Source of the DNA: Squalus acanthias
Taxonomy: Eukaryota
Direction of reading: 5' to 3'
Length of the DNA: 64,000 nucleotides
Assembly (NCBI GenBank): GCA_030390025.1
Contig: JASTWF010000042.1
Coordinates: 434,001 to 498,000, forward strand
The first letter of the stretch is position 1, and each line of letters begins with the position of its first letter. The translations under genes were made by a program, and so were the position numbers. Below the pieces are notes generated by a model. It did not search any database. It was not told the DNA's origin and worked only from the letters and a program-made list of their open reading frames with translations. This document shows positions 36,141-51,289 of this stretch, piece by piece.

Positions 36141-39100
36141 ATATCTTTCGCTAACCGCCACACCTCTACATCTCCACATGTGCAGTAATCTCTTTAAATA
36201 TGGGTCTAGCAAATTGTTAAACATTGTGTTAAGTCTTCAGCTGGAACACGTCACTGAAGAACAAAGAAAAGGCACTTGCTTGAACTGGCGATTGCAGTGG
36301 CACCGCTCAGTTAGTTTAAGGTTTAACTTTTCTGTGTACTTTGATTTACGGACACATCCAGTTGCTATTTTGTTGCTGAAATAGTTGAACAATTGTGAGA
36401 ACTGTTAAACTTTCACTGCAGATGAAGAGAGCTTATATTCATATCACTAACAAATAATACACTTTGTATTCTTCGGCAATTTAGCGCAGTTTTATTTCAC
36501 AAACCTTTATAGCTAAAACAAACAGCGAGCTGATTGGATGTGTTTGAAAAATTGTGTTTGTTTTGCTCTGAATTGAATCATTAATTAATAGTTTTGCTGA
36601 AAACACAAATGAAACAATTTTATTGTCAATGTGAAATATTACAAATTTAAATTGTGACTCTCGGACATTTCCTTCTCAACGGTTAGCAAACGTGATCTTT
36701 ATGCAGAATGAACAAAACGCGGGAGAGATACAATAATTAAATGGGGGCACTAAGCAAGAAGATTTGTACAACAAATTTCATTATAAAGAAGCACGAAACA
36801 GCGCTGAGTCATATTTTAACGAGCCAATGCAACAAGTTAGTTCGACGGATCTGCACATAATGCATTTCCAAAGTTTAGTGAGGAAGGGTTTTTCAGCAAA
36901 AATGTAACTACAGATGAGAAGCGTCACTCGTTAAATGGATAGTATTCAGCTGCCCAGGTCATTAGTTCTCTCATTCAGTATGTCTGTCTCTCTGTCCGCC
37001 TGTCTGACTGACTGCCTATCTTACTGTCTATCTGTCACTCTCTCTACTTATTTATCTCTCGATGTAACAGTCTCTCTGCCTCTGCAACAACAACTGTCAT
37101 ATAAATCACCGATTAGATTTGGACAACTCAAATTTCTATTGAATCAGTATGCAAGAAGAGTTACAATTTGAAACAAGTAATACTCAAAGAAAGCTTAAAT
37201 ACAGGCTCGGTTCCACGAAATCTAGGGACAGGGCAAACATCTACAAAACTCAAAAAGCAATATCACATCCATAAGACAGGTAGACTGCATCAATTAAACT
37301 GCATTTGAGTAATTCCAAATGTTAATGGCTTAAAAGCTTATGTTATCGTTATGGAGGTGGATCCTAAGAGAGAATGATTCTCTTTGTCTATCTATCTCAC
37401 ACACACACGACAAAAACCATTGTTAAAAAGAGATATGGACATTTCTTGTTTCCACGATTGAAATCAAAATCAAGTGGTTCTGATTCGGTTTACTGTCGAA
37501 CTCTGCTCCGGAAATAATGTTGCATGTTTATGGCATCTTAAATATGGTCTGTTTACACAGCAGTCTCTTCATCGCCCCTTTCGACAGATTGTATTCCGGC
37601 AGTAAGATCACCTACCAGAAGATAAAGTAAATTGGTATCAACAAGCCTGCTCAAGCAAGAGATGGACGGTGACTGATATCTACATAACACGAATCGACAA
37701 TGTCATTTCATATTATTCGGGCGCACACTTCCGGATAACAGAACATATTTCCAGATGGCATAATTTTCGGTCGGTGTTCTGTGTGAAAATTTTCTGTGGC
37801 AAATTAACATTTCAACATTTCCGATTCAATTTTGCGAAGTCAGCTGTCATGACAAAATTAGAGTTCCTAGCCACGCGGTTGCACTCTATAATAAATTCTA
37901 AAGTCCCGCTCCCGAATTCATCGCCATTTCATAAATTCGCTGAACAACTTATGTTCAGCAAGTGATTAAGGGCAACGCAATTAATCATTTACTACCATTA
38001 TTAAAACACTTTTGTGTGTGCGTACATTCCCGTACAACTTACGGCTGCAATGATTTCTGGGCCCCCTCTTGTGGAAGCAATTACAGCAGAAACCGACTCT
38101 GAGAGCAGTTACTTGTAATCATGCAGTAGTAGAGTCCGGTCCTTCGGTGGCGCTGTTGAGCCAAATTTCTCTTTTCAACCAGGTCTGAACCTTGAATGTG
38201 CAACAACTGTTCTCATCACCTGAACATGGACCAAGTCACAGGCAATTCCCGAGATTATGTATATAGCATGTAAAATTATTATTTCGGCGTGTGTTTAACT
38301 GACACTCTCAGATACACTGAATTCTCCTTGCTACCACTCCCTGAATCAGTTAGTAATTGATTGGATATTAATGGACTAACTCCATTGATAGTAGTTAACG
38401 GTAGAATTTTAGACAACTCTTTGTATTGGGAGAATGAGCTGATGTTCACCTTATCAATGAATTTGACTGTGTTGACACTTTTTGCGTGGTGAAGTGATTA
38501 TTAACTTTTATGAGGTGCATTTTGAGTGACTGAAGTTCCAGATTTTTGAAAGGATTGAAATGAGTTTAGCATAATTTTGTAAATAGCTGTCACATGCTGA
38601 TTGGTGGCAACGGGGCTGAAGTGTAAATTCTCAGAGTTCATTCACACCTGACAATTACAACTGGTAAATATCAATAAACTGAAGGATATTTTGATTCAGA
38701 TATAATCGGAATAAACAATTTAAAGGAATTTGCAAATGACCAATCTGAATGCATTCAATTCGCTAGTTATTCACAATTCCACCACTTTTAATTAGGTTCC
38801 CGCCAACCGTCACCTCCTTCTTGTCTTTATCGCGGCTTCTCATGCACTGTCAAAGAGTGAGGAAGTAATGCGCACATTTTGTGTCGAAGAGGAACATTAT
38901 AAGGCCCTTGATTTTCAGCATTGGGACAAACTTTTATCGTAGTGTCGACATTTAATAATGCGGAAACTAATACTTATTTACAGCGCGATGTGAAAAGCAA
39001 AATCTCTTCCTTTCTGACTTTATTACTATATGAAATATTGCGGGGATTCGGCATTTCTTCAAACGTACCGTCACGATGTTTCTTTGCCTTTATCGGTTCG

Positions 39101-39202
39101 CACTCCATTCCCAGGGTAATCAGAGTCCTAAACAGGATAAATGCGGCGAGACACAAACGAATTGAGATTGAATAAGATTTCAGCTAATGTCCTAGAAGAT
39201 TA

Positions 39203-41680
39203 CATAGAACATAGAACATAGAACATAGAACAGTACAGCACAGTACAGGCCCTTCGGCCCTCGATGTTGTGCCGAGCATTGTCCGAGACCAAGATCAAGC
39301 TCTCACACTCCTTATCACTCTGGTGTGCTCCATGTGCTTATCCAATAACCGCTTGAAAGTTCCTAAAGTGTCCGACTCCACTATCACAGCAGGCAGTCCA
39401 TTCCACACCCCAACCACTCTCTGAGTAAAGAATCTACCTCGGATATCCCTTCTATATCTCCCCCCATGCACCTTATAGTTATGCCCCCTTGTAACAGCTG
39501 CCTCTACCCGAGGAAATAGTCTCTGAACATCCACTCTATCCCCCTCATCATCTTATAAACCTCTATTAAGTCGCCTCTCATCCTCCTCCGCTCTAAAGAG
39601 AAAAGCCCCAACTCCCTCAATCTTTCCTCATAAGACCTCCCCCCCAAACCAGGCAGCATCCTGGTAAATCTCCTTTGCACTCTTTCCAATGCTTCCACGT
39701 CCTTCCTATAGTGAGGTGACCAGAACTGCACACAATATTCCAAATGTGGTCTCACCAAGGTCCTGTACAGTTGCAGCATAACCTCACGGTTCTTAAACTC
39801 AAACCCTCTGTTAATAAACGCCAACACACCATAGGCCTTCTTTACTGCTCTATCCACTTGAGTGGCAACCTTCAGAGATCTGTGGATATGAACCCCCAGA
39901 TCCCTCTGCTCCTCCACGTTCCTCAGAACCCTGCCGTTGACCCTGTAATTCTTATTCACATTTGCCCTACCAAAATGAATCACCTCGCACTTATCAGGGT
40001 TAAATTCCATCTGCCATTTTTCGGCCCAGCTCTGCATCCTATCAATGTCTCTTTGCAGCCTACAACTGCCCTCCACCTCATCCACTACTCCACCAATCTT
40101 GGTGTCATCAGCAAATTTACTGATCCACCCTTCAGTCCCCTTCTCCAAGTCATTGATAAAAATCACAAACAGCAGAGGACCCAGCACCGACCCCTGTGGC
40201 ACACCGCTGGTAACTGGTCTCCAGTCCGAAAATGTTCCATCCACCACCACCCTCTGCCTTCTATGAGATAGCCAGTTCCTTATTCTATCGGCCAAATTTC
40301 CCTCTATCCCATAACTCCTTACTGTCTTCATGAGACGACCATGGGGAACCTTATCAAACGCCTTACTAAAATCCATGTATACGACATCAACTGCTCTACC
40401 TTCATCTACACACTTAGTTACCTCCTCAAAGAATTAAATCAAATTTGTTAGGCAAGACTTACCCTTCACGAATCCGTGTTGACCATCCCTGATTAAGTTG
40501 CCCCTTTCCAAATGGTCATAAATCCTATCCCTCAGGACCTTTTCCATTAACTTACCAACCACCGAAGTAAGACTAACCGGCCTATAATTACCAGGGTCAT
40601 TCCTATTTCCTTTCTTGAAGAGAGGAACAACATTCGCCACTCTCCAGTCCTCTGGCACCATCCCCGTGGACAGTGAGGACCCAAAGATCAAAGCCAGAGG
40701 CTCTGCAATCTCCTCCCTTGCCTCCCAAAGAATCCTAGGATATATCCCATCTGGCCCAGGGGACTTATCGACCCTCAGGTTCTTCAAAATTGCTAAAACA
40801 TCTTTCCTCAGAACATCTATCACCTCCAGCCTATCCACCTTTATCACACTCTCATCCTCAAGAACATGGCCCCTCTCCTCGGTGAACACTGACGAAAAGT
40901 ATTCATTCATCACCTCTCCTATCTCTTCTGACTCCATGCACAAGTTCCCACTACTGTCCTTGACCGGCCCTACCCTCACCCTGGTCATTCTTTTATTTCT
41001 CACATAAGAGTAAAAAGCCTTGGGGTTTTTCTTGATCCGACCCGCCAAGGACATCTCATGCCCCCTCCTAGCTCTCCTAAGCTCTTTTTTTAGCTCATTC
41101 CTTGCTACCTTGTACCCCTCAATCGACCCAACTGAACCTTGTTTTCTCATCCTTACATACGCTTCCTTTTTCCTCTTGACTAGACATTCAACCTTTTTGT
41201 GAACCATGGTTCTCTCACTCGGCCATTTCCTCCCTGCCTGACAGGGACATACCTATCAAGGACACGCAGTAATTGCTCCATGAAAAAGCTCCACTTTTCG
41301 TTTGTGCCTTTCCCTGATAGTTTCTGTTCCCATCTTATACTCCCTAATTCTTGCCTAATCGCATCATAATTACCCCTCCCCCAATTATAAACCCTTCCCT
41401 GCCGTATGGCCCTATCCCTCTCCATTGCAATAGTGAAAGTTACCGAATTGTGGTCACTATCTCCAAAGTGCTCTCCCAGATACAAATCAAACACTTGGCC
41501 CGGTTCATTACCCAGCACCAAATCCAAAGTGGCCCCACCTCTTGTCGGCCTATCCACATATTGTGTCAGGAAACCCTCCTGCACACACTGTGCAAAAACT
41601 ATCCCATCCGAACTGTTTGACCTATAAAGGTTCCAATCAATATTTGGAAAGTTGAAGTCACCCATGACAACTACTCTGTA
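39203..41680 (-). mobile_element. Young CR1 LINE, 5'-truncated (ORF2 with few frameshifts)
   Basis: Long minus-strand ORFs 39504-40376, 40434-41207 and 41180-41686 (GDFNFP, SDHN, KFADDTK); (ACATAGA)n tail. Confidence 0.93.
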
Positions 41681-41839
41681 TAGCAAGAGAGAATGTCAAT
41701 GGGTAATTCTCCCGTTTCCACTGTAAACACAAGTACTGGGTCACTCTGTAATCCTATCTAACATTCGCCTGGCAAGTACGGAACCATCGTGATATTCTCA
41801 ATCAGCATTGCTGATCAGGGACTGACTCACTCTGGGATG

Positions 41840-43920
41840 TAACATAGGAACATAGAAACATAGAAAATAGGTACAGGAGTAGACCATTCGGTCCTTCGAG
41901 CCTGCACCGCCATTCAATGCGTTCATGGCTGAACATGCTACCCCAGTACCCCATTCCTGCTTTCTCGCCATACCCCTTGATCCCCTTAGTTGTGAGTGTT
42001 ATATCTAACTCCCTTTTGAATATATTTAGCGAACTGGCCTCAACAACCTTCTGTGGAAGAGAATTCCATAGATTCACCACTCTCTGGGTGAAGAAGTTCC
42101 TCCTCAGCTCAGTCCTAAATGGCTTCCCCTTAATCCTTAGACTGTGACCCCTGGTTCTAGTTTTCCCTACCATTGGGAACATTCTGCCTGCATCTAATTT
42201 GTCTAAACCAGTCAGGATTTTAAATGTCTCTATAAGATCCCCCCTCATTCTTCTGAACTCCAGAGGATACAAGTTCAGTTGACCCAATCTTTCTTGATAT
42301 GTCAGTCCGGCCATCCCAGGAATCAATCTAGTGAACCTTCGCTGCACTCCCTCAATAGCAAGAATGTCCTTCCTTAAGTTAGGAGACCAAAACTGCGCAC
42401 AATACTCCAAGTGTGGCCTCACCAAGGCCCTGTACAACTGCAGCATCACCTCCCTACTCCTGTACTCAAATCCCCTTACTATGAAGGCCATCATTCCGTT
42501 TGCTTTCTTGACTGCCTGCTGCACTTGCATTCCCACCTTCAGTGACTGATGTACCATGATGCCCAGGTCTCGTTGCACCTCCCCTTTCCCTAATCTGCCA
42601 CCATTCAGGTAATAGTCCGCCTCTCTATTTTTACCACCAAAGTGGATAACCTCACATTTATCCACATTGTACTTCATCTGCCATACATTTGCCCATTCAC
42701 CCAACCTGTCCAAGTCACTCTGTAGCCTCCTAGCATCCTCCTCATTGTTCACACTGCCTCCCAATTTAGTGTCATCCGCAAATTTGGAGATATTACATTT
42801 AATCCCTTCGTCCAAATCATTAATATATAATGTAAACAGCTGGGGTCCCAGCACCGAACCCTGCGGTACCCCGCTGGTCACTGCCTGCCATTCTGAAAAG
42901 TACCCATTTACTCCTACTCTTTGTTTCCTGTGTGCCAACCAGTTCTCAATCCACGTCAACACATTACCCCCAATCCCATGTGCTTTAACTTTGCTCACCA
43001 ATCTCTTGTGTGGGACCTTGTCGAAGGCCTTCTGAAAGTCCAAATACACCACATCTACTGGTTCCCCCCTGTCCACCCTATTGGAAACATCCTCAAAAAA
43101 TTCCAGAAGATTTGTCAAGCATGATTTCCCTTTCACAAATCCATGCTGACTTGGACCTATCATGTCGCCACTTTCCAAATGGTCTGTTATGACATCTTTA
43201 ATAATTGCTTCCCTCATTTTACCCACGACCGATGTCAGGCCGATGTCTATAATTCCCTGCTTTCTCCCTCCCTCCTTTTTTAAAAAGAGGGGTTACATTG
43301 GCCACCCTCCACTCCATCGGAACTGATCCAGAGTCTAAGGAATGTTGGAAAATGATCGTCAATGCATCCACTATTTCCAAGGCCACCTCCTGAAGTACTC
43401 TGGGATGCAGACCATCAGGCCCCGGTGATTTTTCAGCCTTCAGTCCCATCAATTTCCCCAATACCTTTTCCCGACTAATAAGGATTTCCCTCAGCTCCTC
43501 CCTCTTACCAGATCCTCTGACCCCTTTTATTTCCGGCAGGTTGTGTGTGTCCTCCACAGTAAACACCGAACCAAAGTACTTGTTCAATTGATCTGCCATT
43601 TCCTTGTTCCCCATTACGACTTCCCCTGTTTCCGACTGCAGGGGACCTACGTTTGTTTTTACTAACCTCTTTCTTTTTACATATTTATAGAAGCTTTTGC
43701 AGTCCATTTTAATGTTCTCTGCAAGCTTCCTTTCATATTTTATTTTCCCTGCCCTAATCAAACCCTTCGTCCTCCTCTGCTGAGATTTGAAGTTCTCCCA
43801 GTCCCCGGGTTTGCTGCTACTTCTGGCCAATTTGTATGCAACTTCCTTGGTTTTAATACTATCCCTGATTTCCCTTGTTAGCCATGGTTGAGCCACCTTC
43901 CCTTTTTTATTGTTACGTCA
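41840..43920 (-). mobile_element. Young CR1 LINE, 5'-truncated
   Basis: ORFs 41802-43226 and 43219-43896 carry the RT motifs; (ACATAGAA)n tail. Confidence 0.93.
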
Positions 43921-43929
43921 TTAATCCCC

Positions 43930-44468
43930 CTTCATTTCTCTGTGTTTTAAACTAAATAAACTTGAGCTCATCCAAATCTCTGCTGCTCGTATCCTAACCC
44001 GCATTATTCCCGTTCATCACTGTGCTAGCTAATTTCCATTTGCTCCCGTTCGAACAACGCCTCTGTTTTAAAAGTCTGATTCTTGTTTTCAAATCCTAAC
44101 ATGCGCCTCGACCCCTCTCTATCTGTGTAAACTCCTCCAGCCTTACAACCCTCCGAGATCTCTGCGCTCCTCCAATTCTGACCTCCTTCGCTTCCCCGAT
44201 TTTATTCGCTGCACCGTTGGCGGCCGTGAATTCAGCTGCCTGGGCCCCAAGAATTGGCATTCCCTCCCTAAACCTCTCAGACTTTCTACAAACGTTTCCT
44301 TATTTTACGACGCTCTTTAAAACCCACCTTTTTGACCAAGCATTTGCTCATCTACCCTATTTTTTTCTTATGGGGCTGGGTATCATTTTTTGATAATTGC
44401 TCCTGTGACGCGTCTTGGGACGTTTTATATAGTTAAAGGTGCTATATCAATACAAGCTGTTGTCGTGT
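43930..44468 (+). mobile_element. L2-clade LINE 3' fragment
   Basis: Same family as 9515-10078 in the opposite orientation (YNPPRSLRSSNS..TVGGR.FSCLGPK). Confidence 0.7.
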
Positions 44469-44803
44469 TGTCACTGCGGATATCTGAATTATTGGATTCT
44501 TCGGATTTGTACCGTCAACAGCCGCTGCCGTTTAAAATCGATTGACTCGTTAATTGTTTGTTTTAACGAATTGTTAATATCTAAATGCATGTCCATGTAC
44601 AGAGTGAAAGACTTTCGAACAAGGTTGGCAGATATTTCCAGCAGAATAACATCAGTGACTCCCATCAGGCAGCAGAGTAATCAGGGGATGAGGTAACGTC
44701 GATTCCCAAAACTGCTGGTTTATTTAAAATTCAATCCTACATCTGATAAAAGGGAATCTCAGGCGGAATACATTATGGATAGAGCGGAATATTGTGAGTG
44801 AGT

Positions 44804-44966
44804 NNNNNNNNNNNNNNNNNNNNNNNNNNNNNNNNNNNNNNNNNNNNNNNNNNNNNNNNNNNNNNNNNNNNNNNNNNNNNNNNNNNNNNNNNNNNNNNNN
44901 NNNNNNNNNNNNNNNNNNNNNNNNNNNNNNNNNNNNNNNNNNNNNNNNNNNNNNNNNNNNNNNNNN
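44804..44966. other. Assembly gap within a (GT)n-type microsatellite
   Basis: 163 Ns flanked by GT/GTGA repeats, which continue to ~45306. Confidence 0.98.
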
Positions 44967-47900
44967 AGTGTGCGTGTGTGTGAGTGTGAGTGTGTGTGTT
45001 TAAGGGAGTGTGTTTGTGTGTTTACGTGTGTGTGAGTGTGTGTGTGAGTGTGTGTTTATTTGTTCACGGAATGTGGGCGTTCCGGCAATGCCAGCATTTA
45101 GCGCCCTTCCCTAGTTGACCCAGAGAAATTGGTGGCGGGCTGCCTTCTTGAGCCACTGTATTCCGAGTAATGAAGTTACTCTCACAGTGCAATGTATATG
45201 TGTGTGTGAGTGTGTGTGTATGTGTGTGTGTATGTGTGTGTGAGTGAGTTTGTGTGTGTGTATGTGTGTGTGTGAGTGAGTTTGTGTGTGTATGTATGAG
45301 TGTGTGTTTATTAGTTCATGGGATGTAGGCATCGCTGGCAAGGCCAGCATTTATTGCCCATCTCTAGATGCCCCAGAGAAGGTGGTGGGGAGCCGCCTTC
45401 TTTAACCTCTGCAATCAGAGTAGTGACGGTACTCCCACAGTGCCATTAGCGAGGCAGTTCCAGGATTTTGATCCAGCGACGATGAAGGAATGGCGATAAA
45501 ATTGCAAGTCAGGATGGTGTGTGACTTGCAGGGGAACTTGGAGGTGGTGGTGTTCCCATGCACCTGCTGCCCTTGTCCTTCTAGGTGTTAGCGTTCGCGG
45601 GTTTGGGAGCTGCTTCCGAAGAAGCCTTGGCGAGTTGCTGCAGTGCATCTTGTAGATGGTACACACTGCAGCCACTCCGTATATTTATCTTTTAGGACCT
45701 CATCCCTATTTTACCTGTATCGTTGGTACCACGACATCTGGCTGTTTACCCTCCCCCTCCAGAATGCCCTGCAGCCGCTCCGAGACATCCTTGACCCTTG
45801 CACCAGGGAGGCAACATACCAACCTGGTGTCTCGTTTGCGGCCGCAGAAAAGCCTATCTATACCCCTGGCGTTAATATTAAACATGATTAACAGCTGTTA
45901 CATCTCCATCAAAATTTTCTGAGTTAACTGCATAACTATTATCCTGTTTTACGGCGAAATATTCCAAGAAAAATTGCAAAAACAGCAAACCTAATTAAAT
46001 TCAGATACAATTTCCCAAAATCTCGTCAGTCTGATTGTTACACAGTAGTTCTGGCAGAGGGCGGTTCGCTGTTACATACATTTAACAACAAGGGAAAAGG
46101 CGGCCCTCGAGCAAATTAGGAAGAAGCGTCAAATTTAAAGGACAAACCACAGCCCCGTGTGTTACAGGGAAATCGCAACGACAGGATGAGAGAATTTCTT
46201 TCTATCCTGGAACACATCATAACGTTAGATGCGGCTGAAGGTAGTGGCAACATAGTCATGTGCGACTGTTTGATTCATTAGTTGTTTCATTGAGCGATTG
46301 CCTTTTTAACTACTTCAGTCAATCATGCATTCATTCATTCAGTCAGTGATTGATTGATTCATTTATTCAAACATTCATTTATTCATTCATTCCTTCTGCA
46401 ATCGGTAAATAAACCACCTTAATGGAAAATAAATAAACACAGTGACTGTGTGAATCTCACTGACCTCTTATAGTTATATGTACCGGGTCACTCAGAGCCG
46501 ATGTTAGTTGTTTTCCCTCCACATTCCCCTCAAACAGACAGCTGTGATTTCCTTCTTCGGAGTGATCTAAATTCCTGATGGTGAAGGTGACAGAATTGCT
46601 CCATGCAGCCGCAGGCTGGACAACCGAGTAATTATTTTTTCTGTGTCTGTATAAGTAAAATGTGAAGCCAGGAAGGTCCCGGGAAATTGTACAGTTAAAG
46701 TAACATTTCCACCCTTCACAGTAACACTGGAATCCACTGATATATTTGGTTTGGGTAGACTTGTCGTGCGAAAGGAACAAATATTGTCAATCAATTCACA
46801 ATGAAATAACGACTTACTTTTTGGATCCAAATATTATTGGTCTGGTCTTGGGTATACGGAGCATAATTTTATTTTTTTGCAGTTCATACAGAACTCGTAA
46901 ATATAGTGATCTGTGTGGATGATAGTAAAACACATCAGTTGGGCATACTCAAACTGTTGAAACAGGGGTCAATCATTGCAGATTAAATTTAGCACAGAGA
47001 AGTGTAAAGTGAAGAACTTTGGTAGGAAGAATGAGGAGAGACAATATAAACTACAAGGTATAATTTTAAACGGAATGGAGGAAGCAAGAGACATATCGTC
47101 TACGTAAACAATCTTTGAAGGTGGCGGGAATGATTGAGCAGGCTGTTCAAAAGCTCTATCAACAGAGTACAGAAGTAAGGACGTTATGGTAAACCTTTAT
47201 ACCTCACTGGTTCTGTGCCAGCTGGAGTATTATTTCTAATTCGGGACATCACAAGTTAGGAAGGATTTCAAAGCTGAGGCAAAGGGACTAATTGGACAGC
47301 TCTTTCAGAGCCGGCACAGGCATGATGGACCGAATGGCCTCCTTCTGTGCCGTATCAGTCTATGACTCTATGATTAATGGTGTCGCTGATAGCAAAGTGT
47401 CAGCATCTGAGTTCAGGATTAATGGTTACAGACAATAGCTGAGCGCAGAGACTCTCTCTGAGCATATTAAAAATTGTTACGTTGAAAGACGACTGATTTT
47501 CTCTATATACCAAGAGCGTTGAATATGCATATTAAAATCTCTGCTCCCTTTCACTGACCAGCGACAGTGACCGTCAATTCTAAGCACCAGCTATTGATGG
47601 AGGTTCTATATAAGCATTGGTAACGCCCTCCTTGGTTTGTACTATTAATCGATACACCCTGTTTGGTCAAACATGCAGGATTAAAATTGGAAATCAGGAA
47701 CATAGATAGTGCAGTGATAACCCACAGCCTGCAGAATATTTTTTGAATCACACGTGGAGTATTGTGCACAGTTCTGGTCCCCATATTATAAAAATGATGT
47801 AGAGGCTCGGGAGAATGTGCAAAAATGATTTACAAGGATGACACAGAACTCAGAGGTTAAAACTATCAGGAAATGCTGAACAGGCTGGGGCTCCTTTTAC

Positions 47901-48284
47901 TGAAAAACAGAAGGGTGAGGGGTGACCTGATGGAGATCTTCAAGATTATGAAAGTTTTTGATTGGGGAGACATAGGGAAAATGTTTCCACTTTTGTGGGA
48001 ATCCAAATCTGGGGCCATGAATATCAGAGAGTCACTAATAATCCCAGATGGTGGCGCGAATGTGGATATCGCTGCCACTTAGAGTGTTTGAGGAGAATAG
48101 TGTGGTTACATTTAAGGGGTCGCTCGTTATACACATGAGGGAGAAGGGAATGGAATAATATGCAGATAGGATGAGATGAAGTAGTTTGGTAGCAGGCTCG
48201 TGTGGAGCTTAAATTCCGGCTTACACCAGCTGGGCCGAAAAGTCTGTTTCTATGGGGTAAATTCGACGTCATACTATATGACAT

Positions 48285-49545
48285 ACTGCTCACTGATGCA
48301 CAGTGTGGGTTCTGCCAAGACTACTCGGCTCCCCATCTCGTTACAGCCTTGGTCCAAACATGGATAAAGGAGCTGAATTCCAGTGATGAAGTGACAGTGA
48401 CTGCCATTGACATAAAGGCAACTTTTCACCGAGTCTGGCATCAAGAAGCCGCAGTAAAACTGAAGTCAATGGGAATAAGGGGGGAAACACTCCACTGGCA
48501 GGAGTCATACCTAGCATAATGGAAGATGGTTGTGGTGATTGAAGGTCAATCATCACAGCCCCAGGACATCGCTGCAGGAGTTCCTATGGGCAATGTGCTC
48601 GGCCCAATCATCTTCAGTTGCTTCATCAATCAACTTCCCTCCAACATAAGGTCAGAAATGGGGATGTTCTCTGATGATTGCACAGTGTTCTGCGCCATTT
48701 ACAACTCCTCAGATAATGAAGCAGCCCACGCCCGCATGCAATAAGACCTGGACGACGTTCAGGCTTTGGCTAATAGGTGGCAGGTCACATTCGCGCCACA
48801 GTAGAGCCAGGCAATGACTATCTCCAACAAGCGAGAGTCTAACCACCTCCCCTTGACATTCAACGGCATTACAATCGCCGAATCCCACACCATCAACATC
48901 CTGGGGGTTACCATTGACAAGAAACTTAACTGGACCAGCCACGTAAATACTATGGCAACATGAGCAGGTCGGAGGCTGTGCATTCTGCGGCGAGTGTCTC
49001 ACGCCCTGATTCCCCAAAGCCTTTCCAACATCAACAAGGCACAACTAAGGAGTATGATGGAATACTCTCCACTTGCCTGGATTTGTACAGCTGCAACAAC
49101 ACAGAAGAAGCTCGACACTATCCAGGACAAAGCAGCCCGTCCACAACCTTAAACATTCACTCTCTCCACCATCGGCGGACCGTGGCTGCAGTGTGTACCA
49201 TCTTCAAGATTCACTGCAGCAACTCGCCAAGGCTTCTTCATAAGCAGCTCCCAAACCCGCAACCTCTTCCACCTAGAAGGACAAGGGCAGCAGGTGCATG
49301 GGAACACCATCCACGTCCAAGTTCTCCTCCAAGTCACACACCATCCTGACGTAAATGTTTCTCGCCGATCCTTCATCTTCGCTGGGTCAAAATCCTGGAA
49401 CTCCCTACATAATAGCACTGTGGGAGTACCTTCACCACACGGACTGCAGCGGTTAAAGAAGGTGGCTCACCACCACCTTCTCAAGGGCAACTAGGGATGG
49501 ACAATAAATGCTGGCCTAGCCAGCGACGCCCAGATCCCATAAACT
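48285..49545 (+). mobile_element. Second jockey-group (CR1/L2-related) LINE family, RT 3' half; other tail fragments near 45310-45680, 50415-50700 and 52635-52830
   Basis: AIDIKATFHRVWH, AGVPMGNVLGP, FSDDCT and SLHHRRTVAAVCT motifs. Confidence 0.8.
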
Positions 49546-51289
49546 AATTAATATAATTGCAATAATGCTCCCTTTCCATAACAGTAAATGCCGAAACTTT
49601 ACCCATTGCTCAAAGACACTTTAAAGGGCTGACCGCCGGGAACCTCTATGTGAAATATATAAACATTGATCATTGAAACATTTATTGGTAAAATACCAAG
49701 ATCTTTGAATAGAAATAATAACAATCTGTATTCCTCTACACTGACCTTCGATAGTGACCGTCACTGCGTCACTGATCGGGGACCATAACCACCTGCTATT
49801 GACGGAGATTCTATATAGGTATTGGTACCGCCCTCCTTGTTTTGTGCCGGTAATCAGGAATGTTCCAATGTTGTCCTTTGTGACGATTTCAGGAGTGGTC
49901 AGCCGTTGAATATCTTTGCAAAAGTAAATTTGACCGTGATCCTCTCTGTTCACTGTGCAGGTAATGGTGGCCGTCTCTGCCTCTGAGTACACCAAGATCG
50001 GTTGGCAAGTGATATCCATGGCGGTGTTAGCCGATCTGTGGTAAAATACATGGAAAGAACAACAGAAATGGAGTTCGGCATTTTCTTGTGTCATGAATGT
50101 TTGGTAGCTCAATAAAGATTGTGAGGAGTTAAAGGGAAATGTTTGCATCGGCGATTGAGTTTCTACAAAAAGGGCATTGAAGGTTTCAAACAGAAGTGGG
50201 CAGAAAATATACCAGCTGGGGAACTAGTTCCAAAACCCAGTCTTATCACTGAAATGTCCCTCTGTGATATCAGGAGTAGAAGTGGAAGGTGTTGGTTTGA
50301 AATTCACATTGCTGGTAAGTTAAACCAGCCATAACCGGATTAAAAGCAGTGAACAACTCCCATAAACCGTGGGGATTTGCATTTCACATCAATGAGTTCA
50401 GTGTTGCAGGGCTCTAGGATGTGGGCGTCGCTGGCCAGGCCGGCATTTAGTGGCCACCCCCAGTTGACATTGAGAAGATGGTGGTCGGCCATCTTCTTGA
50501 ACCACATTGTGCTCCCACAATGCTGTTCGGTACCGACTTCCAGAACTTTGACCCAGAGACGATGAAGGATCGCCAGATATATAATCATGTCAGGATGGTG
50601 TGTGATTTGAAGGTGGATCTTGGAGTTCATGCTGTTCCCATGCAACTACAGCTATCGTCCTTTCTGATGATGGAGGTCGCGGGTTTGCGAGGTGCAGTCG
50701 AAATTCCATACATTGAGGGATATGGAAACCAACGATGTACTTAAGTTAAAATATTTCGCATATCAAGATGATTGTGAAAATTTCATTCCGCAGTTTCGGT
50801 TGTCTGACTGTTAATGTGTAATCTGACATGGCCAGCCAGTCTGGCGATGCCTCGTGAGGTGACTCTACACTCAGTGGAGTTAAAACTCCGGCCGGAAGAA
50901 GCCATTTGATATTAACCATTTCGCTGTGTTAGTTCCAGACATTTAGTGAGTAAACTTGGTAATCAGAGACATAGATTATGTGAGGATAACAGACAGCATG
51001 CAGTTCCCCTGTCAGAAGTTCTGGTCTTCCCATCGCAAATTATTGGGTCTCTCAGCTCCCTAACAAAGCATTCCCAAGAGTTACAGAAGCAATTGTAATA
51101 AAGCCCGATATTACACTCCATTTAAGTCAATGGAGGGTATCATTGGACGTAGTTGAATCGTGAGGCCGATCCCTATCCGCCTCTTTCCCGCCTGGAGGAT
51201 GTGGTTAAAGTTACCCTCTGCGGGCTGCCAGCTCATTTTTGTTGTCGGTGTTAAATTCGCAACATTCTGACGGAATGGAGCATAAATTC

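Noticed and set aside
37610-37685. Possible short leader exon on the minus strand (AG...GTAGGT)
   Set aside because: No ATG in a convincing hydrophobic frame.
38138-38160. CTCF-like motif CCTTCGGTGGCGCTGTT
   Set aside because: A single partial match cannot be supported without binding data.
39744-43192. Plus-strand ORFs overlapping the CR1 elements
   Set aside because: Antisense shadows of LINE ORF2.
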